From Paraspadella gotoi (lineage: Eukaryota; Animalia; Chaetognatha), in NCBI GenBank assembly GCA_051294375.1, contig CM119270.1:13929316-13993315 (forward strand): a DNA stretch of 64,000 nucleotides. Direction: 5' to 3'. Shown here in pieces: positions 12,001 to 25,343 of the stretch. The notes under the pieces were generated by a model, which was given only the letters and a program-made list of their open reading frames with translations, did not search any database and was not told where the DNA came from. Each line of letters opens with the position of its first letter. Position 1 is the stretch's first letter. The translations under genes and the position numbers were made by a program.

Positions 12001-12141
12001 GTTGGCGCAGACGTCGGCGCAAGAGACGCGATCATCGAAGCCAAGAAAGTCGAAAATGAGGAGGAGAAGCTCGTCAGGAAGAAGTTGCCAACGGGACGCC
12101 GTCAAGGGGGCGGGTTCCACGGGGCCGTCGGCGCCTGACAT
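9040..12141 (-). CDS. F-box protein with divergent LRR-like C-terminus (FBXL-like), 2 exons (12141-11561, 10102-9040), about 547 aa
   Basis: N-terminal F-box WQLLPDELLLLIFDFLGFDDRVSCADVCANWHRI. The phase-2 donor GG|GTAAG joins the phase-2 acceptor CGCAG|C in frame (VRNG-FELEHL). The downstream part has LxxLxL-like repeats (LKSLDL, LNHLIV). Confidence 0.85.
10265..11090 (+). mobile_element. DINE/Helentron-associated-like interspersed repeat in the F-box intron
   Basis: (CCGT/GTCT)n microsatellite followed by two copies of the unit GAATTTTGTGTG..GTAGGAAAG..GCTGGA..GAGTGGAAA, ending near GCAAGTTGAAAA. The same layout occurs at 23770-24830. Confidence 0.5.
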
Positions 12142-13401
12142 AGCTCCCCTTCGAATTTTTTTCGACAGTTTCGGTATTAAAATGAGTCACAGATATGAAA
12201 AATATGTAACCGCTAATTTCCGGCAATGAAGTGACTTAAAACACTTAAAACAGTTCTGCACCTTGTTTGCTTCTCATTAGTACTATGTTATACACCAGAG
12301 AAGTGATAACAGAACAGATGACAAATCGAGTGAAATGATAAGAGGAATGGAATGTTTTTCCTTCTTTTCTAAAAAGGACAAGCAGATAATAAATCTACAA
12401 TACATACATTATACATAGCAACAAACACGTTAAGATTGATTGAATTATAAATTTTTTTAAGTATAAAAACTCAGTCGTTTACTACGAAGAAAGCAAAGTG
12501 ATGAGAGAGTTCTCGGGTTAAACTCGGTTGGCAATCCTTCCCAGTCTCAATATATCTCTAATATCGTTACATTAATAATAATATCGTTACATATAAAATT
12601 CCATACCTCTTGATTGCATTAATTATGAAAATGTCCCTTCTGAACCTTTCCTTTGTCGTCCGTTCTTCTTTTCCTGGAAGTGTTTTGTCTCGATCCTGTG
12701 AGCCGCCATATTTGCTTCCATCTGAACTGAAGAAAGAAAAATTACAAACAAAAACCGAAGACAAAATAGCACCCGCGAAAATGATTCAAAGATATAGTAA
12801 TTCTTATATTATATATTATATACTTATATTTGTAATTATTGTAAGATGAATATCCTCTTTTTAATATTATGATGTAACCCGAATTAACAATTTACAAAAT
12901 TTAAACAATTTAATTCGTCTTTTTAAAACGTATATGGGGAGTGCTTATACTATTATAGTTATAGTTCTACTGTTACAATCTTCGAGATTATTTCTGTCTG
13001 AGAAAGGTCTGATAACAGGCTGATTTAATTAAAAACGAAACTACAATGGTCTTAATTTTAATTATGCAACGATCGAAGTTCTCGAGCTGGCGATTGACTT
13101 GGAACACTCCCAAAGACAAAGTGTACTCAAGTTGTAAATAAATGATTTTACTTAACGTCAATTCTGCCAAGAAAAAAATTGTGTCTGTCTCAAGTTCATT
13201 TCGTTTCGGACCATGTTCAGATATACCTAGATTTGGAAATATATTTGTTCTAAAAACGGATATTTTTTTCTCCAAATTATAACAATTCTTTTTTTACTGC
13301 ATACTTTCCACGAAACCTAGATTTCATAATTGGAATTTCAGAATTCATAATTGGAATCATCAATTTTTTACTACGAATTCACGATTTTCCTCTATTGCAA
13401 A

Positions 13402-16019
13402 ATGAAATTAAAGGACCGGAACCGACAATTCTTGACTGTGTTTTCGATGATTATAATGATGCCAATTACGACGGCCTCTAGTGAAGACCACGTTGATTTC
13501 GCCGCCTCAGTTTTGTCTGCAGCGGACGAGATGGCAGAGATTTTACGTCGTAGCGATGGCGCGAGCGGAGACAACTTGGGCGGCGATGACGCCCGATTCT
13601 TGGTCCGCCTCGTTGATTCCATTGAATTCGGCGACGCAGGTGATGTTGGCGTCGTTTTATCGCTCAACGACGTCGAAGATCGGCGTCGCGTCACCGCCGC
13701 CCAACTCTGGATCGAGACGCCACGAAAAGAGGACGCAACGGAGATAAGCCGGCGTCAAACGAATCGACGGCGCGCCGTTTACGTATTGCGTCGTCAAACG
13801 GCACCGCCATCATCGTCTTGGTTGACGATGGTGGATTTACGGGCCGAGGTTAAGTTAAAAAAGTGACAACATGAATTCCCATTGTATAAACATAAAAGAT
13901 ACAAAATATTCAAAAATAGAATAATTAAAAATTAGGATAAAGGAAAAAATTTATTTTCATTAAAGTATTTTAAAATTATATTCATGACATAAAGGTGCCC
14001 CTATAGACCTTTCCCCAGTATGTGTCCCTATCAGAACATACAATTCTACTTCGTAGTCTTATCCCTATTAGTTTTTAAAAAAATCATATATAACTTTGGT
14101 CCCCCATCAAAAAATTATCCATTCCCACCCCTTTCTGTTCAGCCTATTAGATATTATGATTTTTCATTAATGACTTTCTAACAGGAATGATGTGTGATAT
14201 CTATTAGAAAACTAGGACAGATTGTAATCTAACCTTGTGTTGTGTAGATGCTCCCTCTATTTCCAGAAGACAACACTGACTTCCCATTCCCAAAATGATT
14301 TATTAGATATAATGATAAGTAAAAAATCTTTAAGAAAGCAATATATATATATTTATAGAATATAGATTAAAAGGTAAATCTTTCATAAAATAAAAAAATT
14401 AAAAAAAATATAGTGAAACAAGTAATTTGAAAATTTTCATAATAAAAATAGAGAAACAATTTTCTATAAAAAGAAATGAGGGAATGAATAATAAAATATA
14501 TGAATTAATTAATGAATAAATGAATGGAAGAATGTAAGAATGGAAGAATGGAAGAATGAAAGTATAATTTAAAAAATTGCTAATTAAAATTAAGAAATGG
14601 CGCTTTTTCTTTATTATTCATTTGGCTAAAAGGTAGCGGCGTCGACGACAGATGCGCTACGAGAGACGCTCGGCAAGCGCGTCGTCATTTCCTCCGCCGT
14701 CGCCGTCGTAGTCTGGGGGGCAACGCCACCTATCAACTTGATCTTCGACGAAGGATTCCGATCCGCGGCGCTGGCAAGTGGTCAGTATTGGATGGGATAT
14801 TTGCCTTACAGTCAGTGATGTAGTTTCTATTGATAAAACAGTCAATCAGTCAACTAATCAGTTCATTCATCAATTACAATAAGTAATTACAAAGTAAATA
14901 AATACACTCGAGCAACATTACACAATTATACATTACACATTATACTATTCAAACTTGACTCAGATTTTTAAGTCATCTTTCGTCGATCGATTAAAAATTT
15001 TTCGATTGAATTTTTTAAAGTTAAAAAGAACAAAAAAAAAACACGCACAAAAAAAAACACGAAAATGTTATGAAAACATTCTATATCGCATTTTCCCCCT
15101 GAATGAGAAAGCATTGGAGTAAATACAGGCGAATAATTTGAGCGTGAAATTGAAGGAACATCATTAACAGAAAAGCGCGATGCGATTGTACGTAGGATTA
15201 TAGTCGGTAAAATTATGGAGGTTATAAAAACTACAATAATGGCGCACGATGTTTTGTAACTTTTCATAGTCTTCGGCTTCCAGAGGAAACTCTATTTGAT
15301 TGGTCAAACAGAACCAAATCCGGAGAGATATATTATGAAAAAAGAGAGAAAGAAAGATAGAAATAAAAAAGAGAGAAAGAAAGATAGAAAGAAAAAAAGA
15401 AAGTCGAAATGGATTAAATTTAGTAAACAACTGAAAATAAATCGATCAATGAATCAACTAACTAATCAATCAATATTCCTATATAAATTAATGAATAAAT
15501 AAATGCAAAAAAAATTAATAAATAGAATCGATTCTCTTATATGCGTACTAATGCCATTTTCCACCAAACTTCCCCTCTACCACAGCTTCCTCCACCTCCG
15601 CCACCCAGCCCTGTTCTGTAACCCACCCCCAGTTCACTCTTCTTCCTCTGCCGGGCGGCGCCTTTCTTAGCGCCGGTTCCTGCCCTCGACGTCGCCGCAA
15701 CGGCGACGGCGTTTGCGTTCGGCGCGCGGCCGCCCTCCACGCCTACTTGGCCTTCGCCGGGCTGCTGCGGCGCTGGTGTACGTCCTGCGCGCCGGTCAGC
15801 TTCCGTCTCGTGGAAACTTACGAGCGCGTCGACGACGACGACGAAGATGCTCTGCGCGTCTACACCAACGCGGTCGTCGAGCGCTGCTCCTGCACCGTCG
15901 TCCCCTGTTCCTTTGGCAGAAAACAGGCGATCGAGACGGGGATCGGAGGGGGCTTCGATTCCGACCGACCCTGGGAGACCTACTTGAGAAGGAAGGAGGC
16001 GGTGGGCAAGAGGGCTTGA
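13402..16019 (+). CDS. Highly divergent TGF-beta superfamily ligand precursor (exons ~13402-13848, ~14633-14780, 15586-16019; first junction uncertain)
   Basis: Hydrophobic N-terminus, prodomain-like VTAAQLWI and WLTMVDL motifs, and a furin site HFLRRRRR|S. The mature region has a cystine-knot Cys pattern ending YTNAVVERCSC. Exons 2 and 3 join in phase 1. Confidence 0.72.
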
Positions 16020-17070
16020 GTTCTTTTTATCCTTTCACGATCTCGGGCTCAATGAGTATGACCATTGACCAATGACCATCAATTTTTCTTTCTTTTTTTT
16101 TTTACAATTAAAAGAAAAATACTAAAAAAATAGAAAACTAATGAGATACTGTGCATTTTTTTTGTCATTTTCAATTTTTATTTTTCAAATCTTTAATCAA
16201 ACCAATTCAGATACGTAAATTGAATAATGCCTGTTCCTCGTAACAACAACTAACTAAAAACATAGATTTTAAATAATCTGTGCGGTTAATTGAAATTTTC
16301 ACGAGTTTACTGTATATTTGTTAAATTTTCCTATCTATTGGATATTAGTATTTACTTATAAAGTTAATTTTTATCTATGTTAATTATCTCTTGAATGTTG
16401 TCAAAATTGTATCGAGCTAGTACCGCAGAATCATCGTGAAATCCCGAGTTGCCTGTAATCGAGGAATTGAATGCGAAATACGCGGAGAATGTTCCGCTCG
16501 CTCTCCCGTGTTTTTTTAATCGTTGATCTGAGTCGATCTCAACTGTAGTCCTTGGATGTAAAAGGGGAAAACAAAAACTCGTTTGTTTTTTTTTCTTACT
16601 ATGTAGAGGGGGGGTTATAATTTATGCTGGCCTCAAAGGAGAGAGTTCTACGAATGACAACAAAGATAAAGATAAAAAGAATATATAGTAATATACATAC
16701 AAAATGAAATTAACTTTGTATTTAGGTAAAAAGTGAATTTTAGTCATCGCGCGTACTATTGAGGTTTATCGAAAGAACTATTCAATCGATGGTGGGGAAA
16801 AGAAAAAGGAAATTATGTTTTGAGATGAGGTAGTGCCAATTTTGGGTTAGGCCTGGAGGAATGTGCTGGGAGAAGGATGCAGAATGGTCTTGCGGTTACA
16901 GCAGGGGAATAAAGAGTATGGACGGGACATAGTTGGGGAAGGGAGGCCAGGGAGATGGTCGGCCAAAAGTTGTAGCAGGGAAGAAATTTGGGATGCGGAA
17001 TCTTACTAAAACGGGAAGCATCTCCAGAAACGAAGCGAAAAACAGAATCTGGTTCGAGACGAAGATATAT

Positions 17071-17134
<64 letters not shown>

Positions 17135-18381
17135 AGCTCAGTTCTATTTCAGCTTGCGGTTGATAGACATCTCTCGAAAGAACCTACTTCATAGGTTATA
17201 TGTCGAACGAACGATTAAGAATTGTCTTCAGGCAAAACGCTCTTTTGCAATGAATTTAGGATTGCATTATTTGATTTAATGAAAAGATAATGGTAATTCT
17301 ATTTAGATATTTTCAATTTTTTTCTAAAATATTGTTAGAATAAAGAATTAATTGCTTCTGATCGTTTCTGTTAACGTGACTAACTTAATATAACCTAACT
17401 TTTTTTATTATTTTTCCTTAGTTATATACCTAGTAGAACAGTACATTATACCTAGTACATATCTTATACTTAGTAATTATTCAATTACAAGATAGAATAT
17501 TAGTTCATGTAGACAAAGTAACAGGTATGACCTGCCTGCCAGTTATCTTGAAGTGTAAAGAAATTTAAAGTAAATCTTTAAAACACTAGGGCAACTGTTA
17601 AGATCCAATAACATTTGTAAGTGTCGTAAAAAGTCGACCGCTGAGTGTGACTCCTGTTCACAAATCGGTGAACAGATTCGGATCGAAATTTGCATTTAAC
17701 AGCGAGAGATTTGGGATGAAACTGACGCGATTTTAATCAACATAAATATTAGATATTAAATTTTATATTTATATTATCCTATCATGCTCCACGTCCTCGA
17801 ACTAATATTAACAGAAGTTGAGTCAATAAAAATTGACCCGAGCGGACCCCATCGACCGAGGAGCCGGTGAACCGGTTAAATAAAAGTGACCGTGAAACGA
17901 TTAAACGACCGACCGACCGACCTCGCTGACGATGCTGGATTGGGGGCTAATCCGGCCAGATTTGGAGTCCAGGGGCGTGAAAGGGGACGGGTTCTCACCT
18001 TTGCTTCGATGAAAGCTTTTAAGGAAAGCAGCTTTTAGTTTTAAGCTAATCTTTGCAGAAGGTCGGTTCCATTTATAAACAAAAAAAAAAGATTCCCATG
18101 AAAAATTCTAGAATTATTTTATAATGGTTTTTCTGTTGAAGATCTGTCGATGGATGAGAAATGATTATGATGTGACAAAGACTGACCAACAATAATAGTA
18201 ACTATTGCCGATGTATGGGCTTTGAGCAACGATCGAAGCCAACGACAATGTTGCACGTTGAGCAAAATATACGGAAAAATATTTTGTACGAATTCCCGCC
18301 AAAAATTATTTTGTGCACGGTTCACAAATGCCGTAAACGTGTTCCGTGTCCTTTTAAGACGCAAAAATTAGGGTCGAAGGT

Positions 18382-18449
<68 letters not shown>

Positions 18450-18931
18450 TCTCTGCCCTCGATGCCTCCACCCCACTATAAACTAACGGAGAAAAAAAGA
18501 AAGGCACCTCGTTCTCGTTGTGTATGTGTGTATATACTTTTCCTCTCTATCGTCGTTAACCACCCCCCCTTCCTTATCCTCTTCCTTCACCTTCCCTCCT
18601 CCTCCTCCTTCTACTCTCCTCTTCCTCTTCGCCCCCCCCTGCCTGCATCCTCATTCACCGATCGGGAGCGAAAGAAACTTCCAATCCATTTTTCCCTCAG
18701 GATTTTCCTTAAGATGCGAACTTTTTTTTTTGCCCCTTTTACTTTCTTCATTTCTCTTTCTTTCCCTTTCTTTCTCTCTCTCTTTTCTTTTACTCTTTCT
18801 TTTTTTTTCGGTTAAAAACGTTTTTTTCAATTTATTCGTTACGAATTTTTTTTTATTTTTGTTTTTCGAGATGAAAAAAAAATCAAACTGACAGTCGAAA
18901 GCGGTGGTCGTATATCATATCGTTTTATCAT

Positions 18932-20560
18932 ATGTAGATGTTGTTTTCGTTTTAATTTTTAAACACAAAAAAAAGGAAAGACTATATATACTTAATATAG
19001 TTTTCTCGTTATTTTTTTTTCCGTCGACGATACTTTTCATTTAGGGTTTTTTTTTCTTTTCGTCTTGAAATATTTTTGTGGCCCGAAAGCCGAAGGAAAA
19101 ACAAACGAGGAACAGAAAACGAAAATAAAACAAAAAACAAAACAAAGACGAATAAACGAGTAACGAAAACCGAAAAAATAAAGCCATAACTGGGGATAGA
19201 ATATAATCATAACAAACCGAAACGAAATATAAACGTTGGATAGAGTCAACGAAAACAAAAGGGAAATAACCGAAAAAGGGGAGAACAACAACAAAGTAGA
19301 ACAACAATAACAACAAAGCAGAACATCTTCGATTGATCCCGATTTCTCTCTTTCATTTTTACGATTCGAAAAAAAAGACACTTTTCTCTCCTCACGATTA
19401 GATTTTTAACTTTCTCAATTTTTCGCCGTCTCCCCAATCTCCTCCTCGTCGATCGTGACCCCCGTCGCGTTCCGCGCACGCGCGTGACTGTCCGTCTATA
19501 AAGCTTTCACCCGAGTCGTCAAAATCAAACTAACGCTTGAGTACGTGTGAGCCCGGGTCTCACGATCTGGATTTTCGTTTGTCTCTCTTCCGGTGTGGGA
19601 CAGTGACCTAAATACGCTCTTTATACTTTTTCATGGAATGAAATAGGACTTTACTACTTTGAATAAGACTTATTCTCATTTTTGAAGATAATAAGTTTTT
19701 TGTTTCCTTTTCCCTTCGATCGCATTGATTCACGAAATTTGGCAGGAGGCTGCACTTGGCATCGTCCAATTCTGATTAGAACCCTTTATTTCCATTTGGA
19801 AATGTTTAGGGAAAGAAAAAAAACGTCTAAATTTAGATTCGTAAAGCCATTCTTCAATCGAAGAAAATTGGATTGTTTTTTTTTTTTATAGAATTACGAA
19901 TATATAACATGAATTATAGAAATGATTAATAGAAATGAGAAATGTTTTTCACATATATATAGTATATATCTAGTTTAAATTTATCCCTCTCTTCATGGCG
20001 ACTAAAAAAAGGAAGCAGATAGAATTTTCTGGAAATCATACTTAATCTGTTCAACGGTCGACGCATCTTTCGAGGAGGCTTCACGCTCAATTTTAATTAT
20101 CTTTCATATATCTATAATCTATATTTAGACTGGTTTCTATTTTTTTCAACTGTTCACGTTTTCATACTGTTCATACTCATCAAATTTCGTTTCAATCATC
20201 ACCCAGTCCCTTTTGTTTTGTTTTGTTTTGTTTTCTTTTATTTTCCTTTTTTTCGCGAGCATCATATTACACTTTCGCCGCGAAAATCGAGTGACCTGCA
20301 TATTTGTGCGGACAGAATTAATAGACTCGCGAGAAAATATATACACAAAATCTCTTCCCCCCGGATGTAATCTACTCTCATGTAGTTTGTACTGGTCCCA
20401 AACACCGACTCCGTATGTAATCCAGTAACAAGGGTTGGTTCACCCCGAAGATAATGATGAAGGGAAACCCGATCTTCAAGAAAGATCTTGACTTTCGCCA
20501 GACGAGTTTTAATAGAAAACCGACACAGAATCAATCAAAGAGGAAGATAACCAGAGAGAA

Positions 20561-20605
<45 letters not shown>

Positions 20606-21193
20606 CACGAAACTATTTTGATGAATTTTTTTTTCTCTTTAAAGAAAAAAGGAGAGAAAAAAAGTAAAACGTATAATCTTATTTGGCAAAGGTCCTATCG
20701 GCCAGAGTCACCTAGAAGGGACTTTAGACTGGAAAATATCGTCTATGACTCAAAAATTATTATAAACGGAAATGACGATGCGATGAGCGGCGCCGCCTTT
20801 TTTTTGTTTTCGTTCACGCGGAGAGATGGATTAGATAAATAAACAAATATCATTCATTATAAGTTTCACCGGATGAGCCGAGCCGAGACGAGCCGCCGGA
20901 AATAAAACCCGTCACGTCCTTTTTCACATTTCCGATTTTGATCTGAGAGTGTGAGACCGAGCGAGGGTGAGCAAATTTCCTTAAAAGCTTCGTAGTCCTC
21001 TGGACGCTGTTCACACTCGGGCAATCGCTCAAAATTCTTGAAATTACAATTTTTTTGAACAATTTTTTTTACTCTATATATATTTAAAAAAACGAATAAA
21101 TATATTGTTAATTTTACGTTCTCAACTCGATTCCAGAAAAAAAAGGACAAAGGGACAAACAGACAAACAATAGTAACTATGTATATATATATA

Positions 21194-21244
<51 letters not shown>

Positions 21245-22468
21245 AAACTCGAACTTCGAAAAACCTAGTACGGGCACTTTTCATCCGCGTCGTCCCGCGT
21301 TTTTTCTAAAAACTATTAATATTTCTTCTTCATCATCGGCATTTTTAGAAACATTGCAACAACAACAACGACTACAACAACGATGACAACGACGACCGTC
21401 CGAAGAAAAAAACATCCGCCGCATCTCGAGACGAAGACGACGACGACGATGACGACGATGACGACGACGACTTCGGGGGAAAAGAGATCCATTTCCTTCT
21501 CCACTCAGGAATCACCATCGAATTCACGACGACAACAACAACAACAACAACAAACACTTGAGATACGGAACACTAAAATATGTTTCGTCGCCGTCGAGTC
21601 GGTGGTCGTTGTGGTCGTAGTTGTGGTCCTTGTGGTCGTCGTTGTGGTTGTTGTGGTTGTCGTTGTGGTCGTTGTAGTCGTTGTGGTCGTTGTGGTTGTA
21701 GACTTCTTCGTATTCGTCGTGTGGCGTGAAGTGTTGTTGTCGCCTTCGATAATCCGTGGTCATCGTTTATGAAAAATTGCAAGATTACTTGTTTTACTAA
21801 ATTAGACTGTTAAAAGTTTTATGATTTAGCGATTAACCTTTCGTTGTTTCGTTGTTGTTATGATTTAGAGAATGATGAAGGCTCGAAATGTGAGCCGAAA
21901 CATGTCCGTATCTCTAATTAAATTCGTTGTAACACAATTAAAAACTTTGTTTTTTCTTCTAAATTTTTATTAAAATTTTTTAAATAAAAGTAAGACTTAT
22001 AATATTCCCAGTATTTGCGTCTGAATTGCTTTAATTTTGTTGCGAAGTTATTAACTTCTGCGTCTCTTTGCCTTCTTTTGAAATTTGACTAACTTATATC
22101 GAGATGAACTCATTTAGGGATTTATCTCTTTTTTCTCGAATTCATTGTGCTCGCGGTTTGCCTTCTTTTTTTACCTTTCCTTTTGCCTTTTCGGAAGATT
22201 TTCTCTCTTAGCCTTTGTTTTATTGTCTTTTCTATACTGATTTTGATTTTCATTGCATTTATTAAATTATAATAACATAATTTTCATCGCATACTATCTT
22301 TGACGTTTTTGATACGTATAATCGTTCTTCCCGACGTCGTTTTCCTTTTCGTCCTAATGCCGTTTTGCCGTCGTTTCCTTCTTCGTTTGGGTTGTTTGTT
22401 TGTAGTTGGTTGTGTCGTCTCTTTCTTCTCGTCGTCGACTCATTTCTTGACATCTTTGATTTCGACAT

Positions 22469-22519
<51 letters not shown>

Positions 22520-23565
22520 CAGAATTTTGTCCTGCAAATCGAGTAAAACGTCGAGAAGAAGGGATTAATAACGGGGAGAGAGAGAGAGAGAGAGAGCAGG
22601 AGAGAGAGAGAGAGAGAGAGAGACGAGACGAGAGAGAGGAGAGAGAGAGAAGGGGAGAGGGGAAAGGGGAGAAAGAGAGAGAAGAGAATCTGTACTAGTG
22701 ACTGGCCCATTCTCTGTTATACACACACTCGCACACCCTTTCCTCCGTCAGCATCTGCTGCCTTTCTCGAACCTTATGGCTCCATCAGCAGAGAGAAAAG
22801 AGAGAAGAGAGAAGAGAGAGAGACGTAGAGAGAGAGAGAGAGGAGATGAGAGAGAAAGAAGGAGAGATCGAGAAGAGAAGCGAGTGAGAGCTAAGAAACC
22901 CAACGTAGCCTCGAGTATTGGGTGAAGGGGGGAGATACATTAAGAGTCCACTCTCGAGGGGGTTAAAAGGAGCCAGCAGAGAGAGAGAGAGAGAGAGATG
23001 AAAAGAGGAAGGAGAGAAGAGGAGGAGAGTAGGAGGATGTTTGAAGGAGTGTTTTAAGAAAGGGTGCGGAAAGTAGGAATTCTTGCCCCGATGTCTTGAT
23101 TAGGTCGATCGGAAGAGAGGGGCAAGGGGGGCGGTTGAAACAAAGAAAACAAAGGTGAAAGAGGAAAGAAACGGGAAATGACTTTAAAAAGGGTATTAAA
23201 TAACTTTTAATTATTTTAGTTATCCCTAATTCCATAACCAGGAGTGGCAACATTTTTTTATTTAATCTTCCTATCGTCACAAAATTTTTAAACTATAACA
23301 GAAAATTTTCATGACGTTTTACCGTCTCATTTTTCACACAGAAATATTAATCCAATCCAAACTTTGACTGATCTTTTTCACACTCACACAGCAGAGTCAC
23401 ACTCGGCTTTCTTTGTTCCGGTCTTAAAAATATTCCCAGCGCCAATGAGTCTGCGAATGATAACTTTTTTTTCCCTCTGGTTTCTTCAAAATTCATTCAT
23501 GATTCAAAACTCGAAGAAATGAGGCTTTGTGTCAAAACATAAAAGGCCGATCGAGAATGAGGGGG
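18932..23565. repeat. Left arm (clean copy) of a ~4.7 kb inverted duplication
   Basis: Colinear reverse complement of 27339-32091; ends at the N gap 23566-23590. Confidence 0.95.
21872..21906 (+). ncRNA. Minimal hammerhead ribozyme (C3 altered) within a short polymorphic insertion
   Basis: Reads ATGATGA-A-GGCTC-GAAATGT-GAGCC-GAAA-CATG-TC. Flanking TTAGAGA / TCTCTAA can form helix I. Confidence 0.75.
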
Positions 23566-23769
23566 NNNNNNNNNNNNNNNNNNNNNNNNNCATTATTTTT
23601 TAAGTCAGGATCCTGGCTTATCAGCAGAATTCCCGACTCTATAACTACTTCTTTATAACTCAGCTTTTTCGGATCGTCGGTCCGCCCCCTCAATATTGTC
23701 GGGCACACACTTATCATCATGTCAGAAATCGATTAATGTATTAAATTCATGCAAAAAATGGAGTCGCGT

Positions 23770-24830
23770 TCCGTCCGTCTGTCGTTCCGTCTCCGTCCGT
23801 CCGTCCGTCCACCTTAGCAAAAACACCAATTACTCGCTGATTGGATGGATGGATTTAAATGAAAATTTTGTGTGTGGATAGGTAAGTGTGTGAATTGAGC
23901 TGGATATTAAGTTTCGATGGAATCGTACCGAGCTGGAAATGAGTATTAATAGGGAAAAAACAAAAAAAATATATTCATTCTATTTGAACACATCAAATTT
24001 GCTGCATGAAAGCTTGAGGGGATTGGGGGCCCCCTTGGATTAGACCTGGAATTTTGTATGTGGTAGGAAAGGTGTGATTGAAAGCAGGAAATCAAGTTTC
24101 GATGGAACTATGTTTGAGTGGAAATGAGTTTAAATGGAAAAAACAAAAAAGCCCTGTTTTTACTAAATTGATTATGCTTCTTTTCCTTTATATATTAAAA
24201 TGTATCTGCAGGATGTACTTAATATAATCAATAATTATCAGTTAATTAATGCAATTAGTAAAATAAAAATTAATCCATAATTAATTATTAGTCAATCAAT
24301 CCGTCCATCCGTCCCATTTCTTAGCAAAAAAGCTCCAATAAACTCGCTGATTGGCTTGGTTGGATTTGAAATTCAAAATTTTGTGTGTGGGGTAGAAAAG
24401 TGTGTGATAAGCGGATATAAAATTTCGATGGAATCGTGTGAAGTGGAAATTAGTTTAAATGGAAAAACATAAGTTCGAATTTACTAAAATCTTTTTAGCT
24501 TATTTTAACCAATAAATACTTCGCAATTAATCATAATTGGATGGATAGATTGAGTTGAAATTTTGTGTGTGGGTAGGAAAAACGTATGACGAAGCTTGAA
24601 TATAAAGGTTTGCAGTGGAACGTACTAGTGGATAATGAGTTTAAATGAAAAAATAATGAAGCTCACATCTTACTTGAATCTTTTTTATTTATTTTAACCC
24701 CATGATAGATTGAGATTGAAATTTTTGTGAGCCGGTAGGAACAAGTGAGTGAAGAAGTCTAGAATATAAATCGTTTTGAACGGAATGCAAGTTGAAAATT
24801 AATGCAAGTTGAAAAATAGCAAGTTAAAAA
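23770..24830 (+). mobile_element. DINE/Helentron-associated-like repeat with internal tandem subrepeats
   Basis: (CCGT)n blocks at ~23771 and ~24301, then about five copies of the AATTTTGTGTGTGGGTAGGAAAG...GAGTGGAAATGAGTTTAAATG unit. Same family as 10265-11090. Confidence 0.55.
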
Positions 24831-25306
24831 AAATCCTTAAAAAGCATAAGGATGCGTCGCTAATTTGCATAAAAAGAGAGAGAGAGCAGAGAGAGAGAGA
24901 GAGAAAGAGAGAGTGAGAGAGAGAGAGAGAGTGAGAAAATAAAAAAATCTTAAAGACTCAAGATCGAGCCCAAGAGCCCACTATCATAGAAAATTAATGA
25001 AAATAACGGGAAAAAAAACGAAGTGAACATCGCGATAAACGATTTGTTTGATGTACTTAGTAATTGATTGAGGTAATGACTAATTGATTGATCGTAATAA
25101 GTAATTTTATATGATGTATATAGGAATGATATCTGATTCGATGATAATCAATTAATTAGATGCGATGATAGTCATTCCTGCTGTGATGATAGTCATTCAG
25201 TGATTAGCGATGATTTGTCATATCATTCGATGCGATGAATTGTCATTCATTGATCGCGATGAATATATCAAATAAAACAAAACAAAGTGCGGTGTAATAG
25301 AGTGAA

Positions 25307-25343
<37 letters not shown>

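Noticed and set aside
16826-16860. let-7-like TGAGGTAGT, or an SL RNA (AG|GT plus Sm-like AATTTTGG)
   Set aside because: Only 9 nt match let-7 and there is no star arm. There are no convincing SL stem-loops.
17926-17985. Hammerhead-like CTGACGA followed by a hairpin
   Set aside because: The stem is not followed by GAAA and no helix III or cleavage triplet is present.
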